A DNA stretch of 64,000 nucleotides. It comes from Amphiscolops sp. MND2022 (Eukaryota). The stretch spans positions 70,186,001 through 70,250,000 of the forward strand of contig OZ076409.1 in NCBI GenBank assembly GCA_964187785.1, read 5' to 3'. Positions 62,801-64,000 of this stretch are shown piece after piece. Numbering within the stretch: position 1 is the stretch's first letter; every line of letters begins with the position of its first letter. The position numbers and the translations under genes are program-made. The notes beneath the pieces were generated by a model, which saw nothing but the letters and a program-made list of their open reading frames with translations, made no database searches and was not told the origin of the DNA.

Positions 62801-63266
62801 CCAAATGTAGTAGTAGTAACAAACAATGCTGACATTGTCGATGCACGTCAGTGAAAAAATGCTTTTCTGGGTCTCTTGAATTGAATGGTGATTCGTTGCA
62901 ATGGATCCTGGTCTCAATGAATGACGATCTTTCAACTAATCGGAGAATCTAGATTTTGCATCGCTTTCATTGATTGAACAAAAGCTGCATTTCAGGACCA
63001 TGACCTCCTTTCTTCGACGCCGGATGTCTGCAGCTTCGATGACTCCTCTATGGAGAAGACGACCGCTAGTAATGTAGATTCGGCTTGTCAGCTGGTTCGG
63101 CCCACCAAAGTGGAGGACTCCGAGTTGGAGAACGAAGACATAGCAAACATGTGGGTTTGGTCGCCTTCTGTGGAGCATAGCATAACAAAGTTTCTGTCAT
63201 CGCCAGCAACCTTTTTTCTTGATAGAGAGCAAACCACCATGCCCGGAGTCATCGAAACTGCTCCTG
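56812..63266 (+). CDS. Unidentified multi-exon protein gene (Pro/Ser/Met/acidic-rich N-terminus); exons ~56812-57014, 60461-60713, 62351-62698, 62996-63266; probably continues
   Basis: GC-richer stop-free segments bounded by AG/GT sites with compatible phases (2,0,0); no recognisable domain. Confidence 0.65.
57074..57913 (+). mobile_element. Internally deleted hAT element with an intact BED-finger ORF (57201-57665)
   Basis: Perfect 8-bp TSD GGTACACG (57066-73, 57914-21); TIR CA(A/G)GGCTGG; ORF DIWIHF..RARCKGC..MKSHWASC and LRPGTKIPNRRTLAGPLLD; C-terminal GVEKAGKLAFLYRQLN remnant. Confidence 0.93.
58005..58900 (+). mobile_element. hAT relic with a Helentron-like repeat inserted (~58054-58568)
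   Basis: CAAGGTTGGG start; PNSAGLERIFSTSGLTYGSLQSRIGVEKCGKLSFLYREL; the insert has the aagtcggcgctatatctaag head and gcgccgactaa tail. Confidence 0.65.
60987..61067 (+). repeat. tRNA-derived (Pol III A/B-box) module
   Basis: TCCAGC...GCTGGA acceptor-like stem, TGGCCTAGTG A box, GGTTCGAACCC B box; the anticodon arm is not canonical. Confidence 0.5.
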
Positions 63267-63422
63267 GTTAGTAGTTATTTTCCTGCCGAAGTGTAAAAAA
63301 ACCTTCATCAAAAATTGCTTTTTACACTTGCGATAAGCAAGTGTTATGGGAACGTGCGAATTTTTTTTTCCGGGTGACAACTCTCTCATTTCAGACCGCA
63401 AGTCGCATAATTCAGACTTTTT

Positions 63423-63640
63423 TGGTCTAGTGGTAAGATGCTTGCTTTTCAACCCAGAGGGCCTGGGTTCGAACCCGTGCCTATGCACTATTTTTTTTAC
63501 AAGCTGTGCTGCTTCCAATACTTGCAATTGTTTTGAAACACTTGCTTTTCAACCCAGAGGGTCTGGGTTCGAACCCGTGCCTATGCACTAATTTTTTTAC
63601 AAGCTGTGCTTCTTCCAATACTTGCAATTGTTTTGAAACA
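63423..63640 (+). repeat. tRNA(Glu)-like SINE-type module with a 100-bp tandem duplication (63441-63540, 63541-63640)
   Basis: TGGTCTAGTGG A box, TTTTCAA loop-like segment, GGTTCGAACCC B box; the second copy lacks the A box. Confidence 0.6.
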
Positions 63641-64000
63641 CATTTTTTAAATGATCAAGTTGAGTTCATGCATTCATGTAACATGTAATGATGTACCTAG
63701 CAAGGTTTTATTTTTGAGTGTATGAGGTTTACCTGAAAAACGTTCCGGCAAATCTTGGTACAAATCAGCCATAATAAAAAGGTTTGTTAGGCTGAAGATT
63801 GCAGCAGTTGATGTCGACGACGAAATACAAAATTTCAAGAGTTGAGACATGGCGTACCAAAACTGTCGAGTCCGAGATTTTAGCAAGTTGCATGTAGAAG
63901 GGGTGCGAAACTAGCGAGTCCTTCCCGGGCAGGTCGTTCCGGGCCACCCAAGGTTAAACACATGTAACAAAATATGAAACTGAGTTCACCGAATTTAAAA

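Overview
AT-rich, intron-containing animal genomic DNA; the repeat families resemble those I recall from acoel flatworm genomes, which is an inference. The first ~28 kb is a nest of transposons: a 2.94-kb tandem duplication carrying a decayed CRE-clade retrotransposon, Gypsy-like and Copia relics, hAT relics, two abutting near-perfect palindromes (11148-11592), a nearly complete PHD-RT-RLE CRE element, and an L2/CR1-group LINE split by a CR1 and by a non-autonomous DNA element with 9-bp target-site duplications (TSDs). The rest holds four + strand host genes: intronless LRR1 (28473-29747), ~14-exon PPP1R37 (30506-42234), POLE with a single intron (46302-53342) and an unidentified multi-exon gene (from 56812, probably running off the window). 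They are interspersed with Helentron/DINE-like repeats, hAT and piggyBac-like MITEs and tRNA-derived modules. The best leads are the double palindrome, a potential in-frame host-exon/BED-transposase fusion, the 9-bp-TSD element with its structured cargo, the PHD-bearing CRE element, and the linked intron-poor replisome genes LRR1 and POLE.
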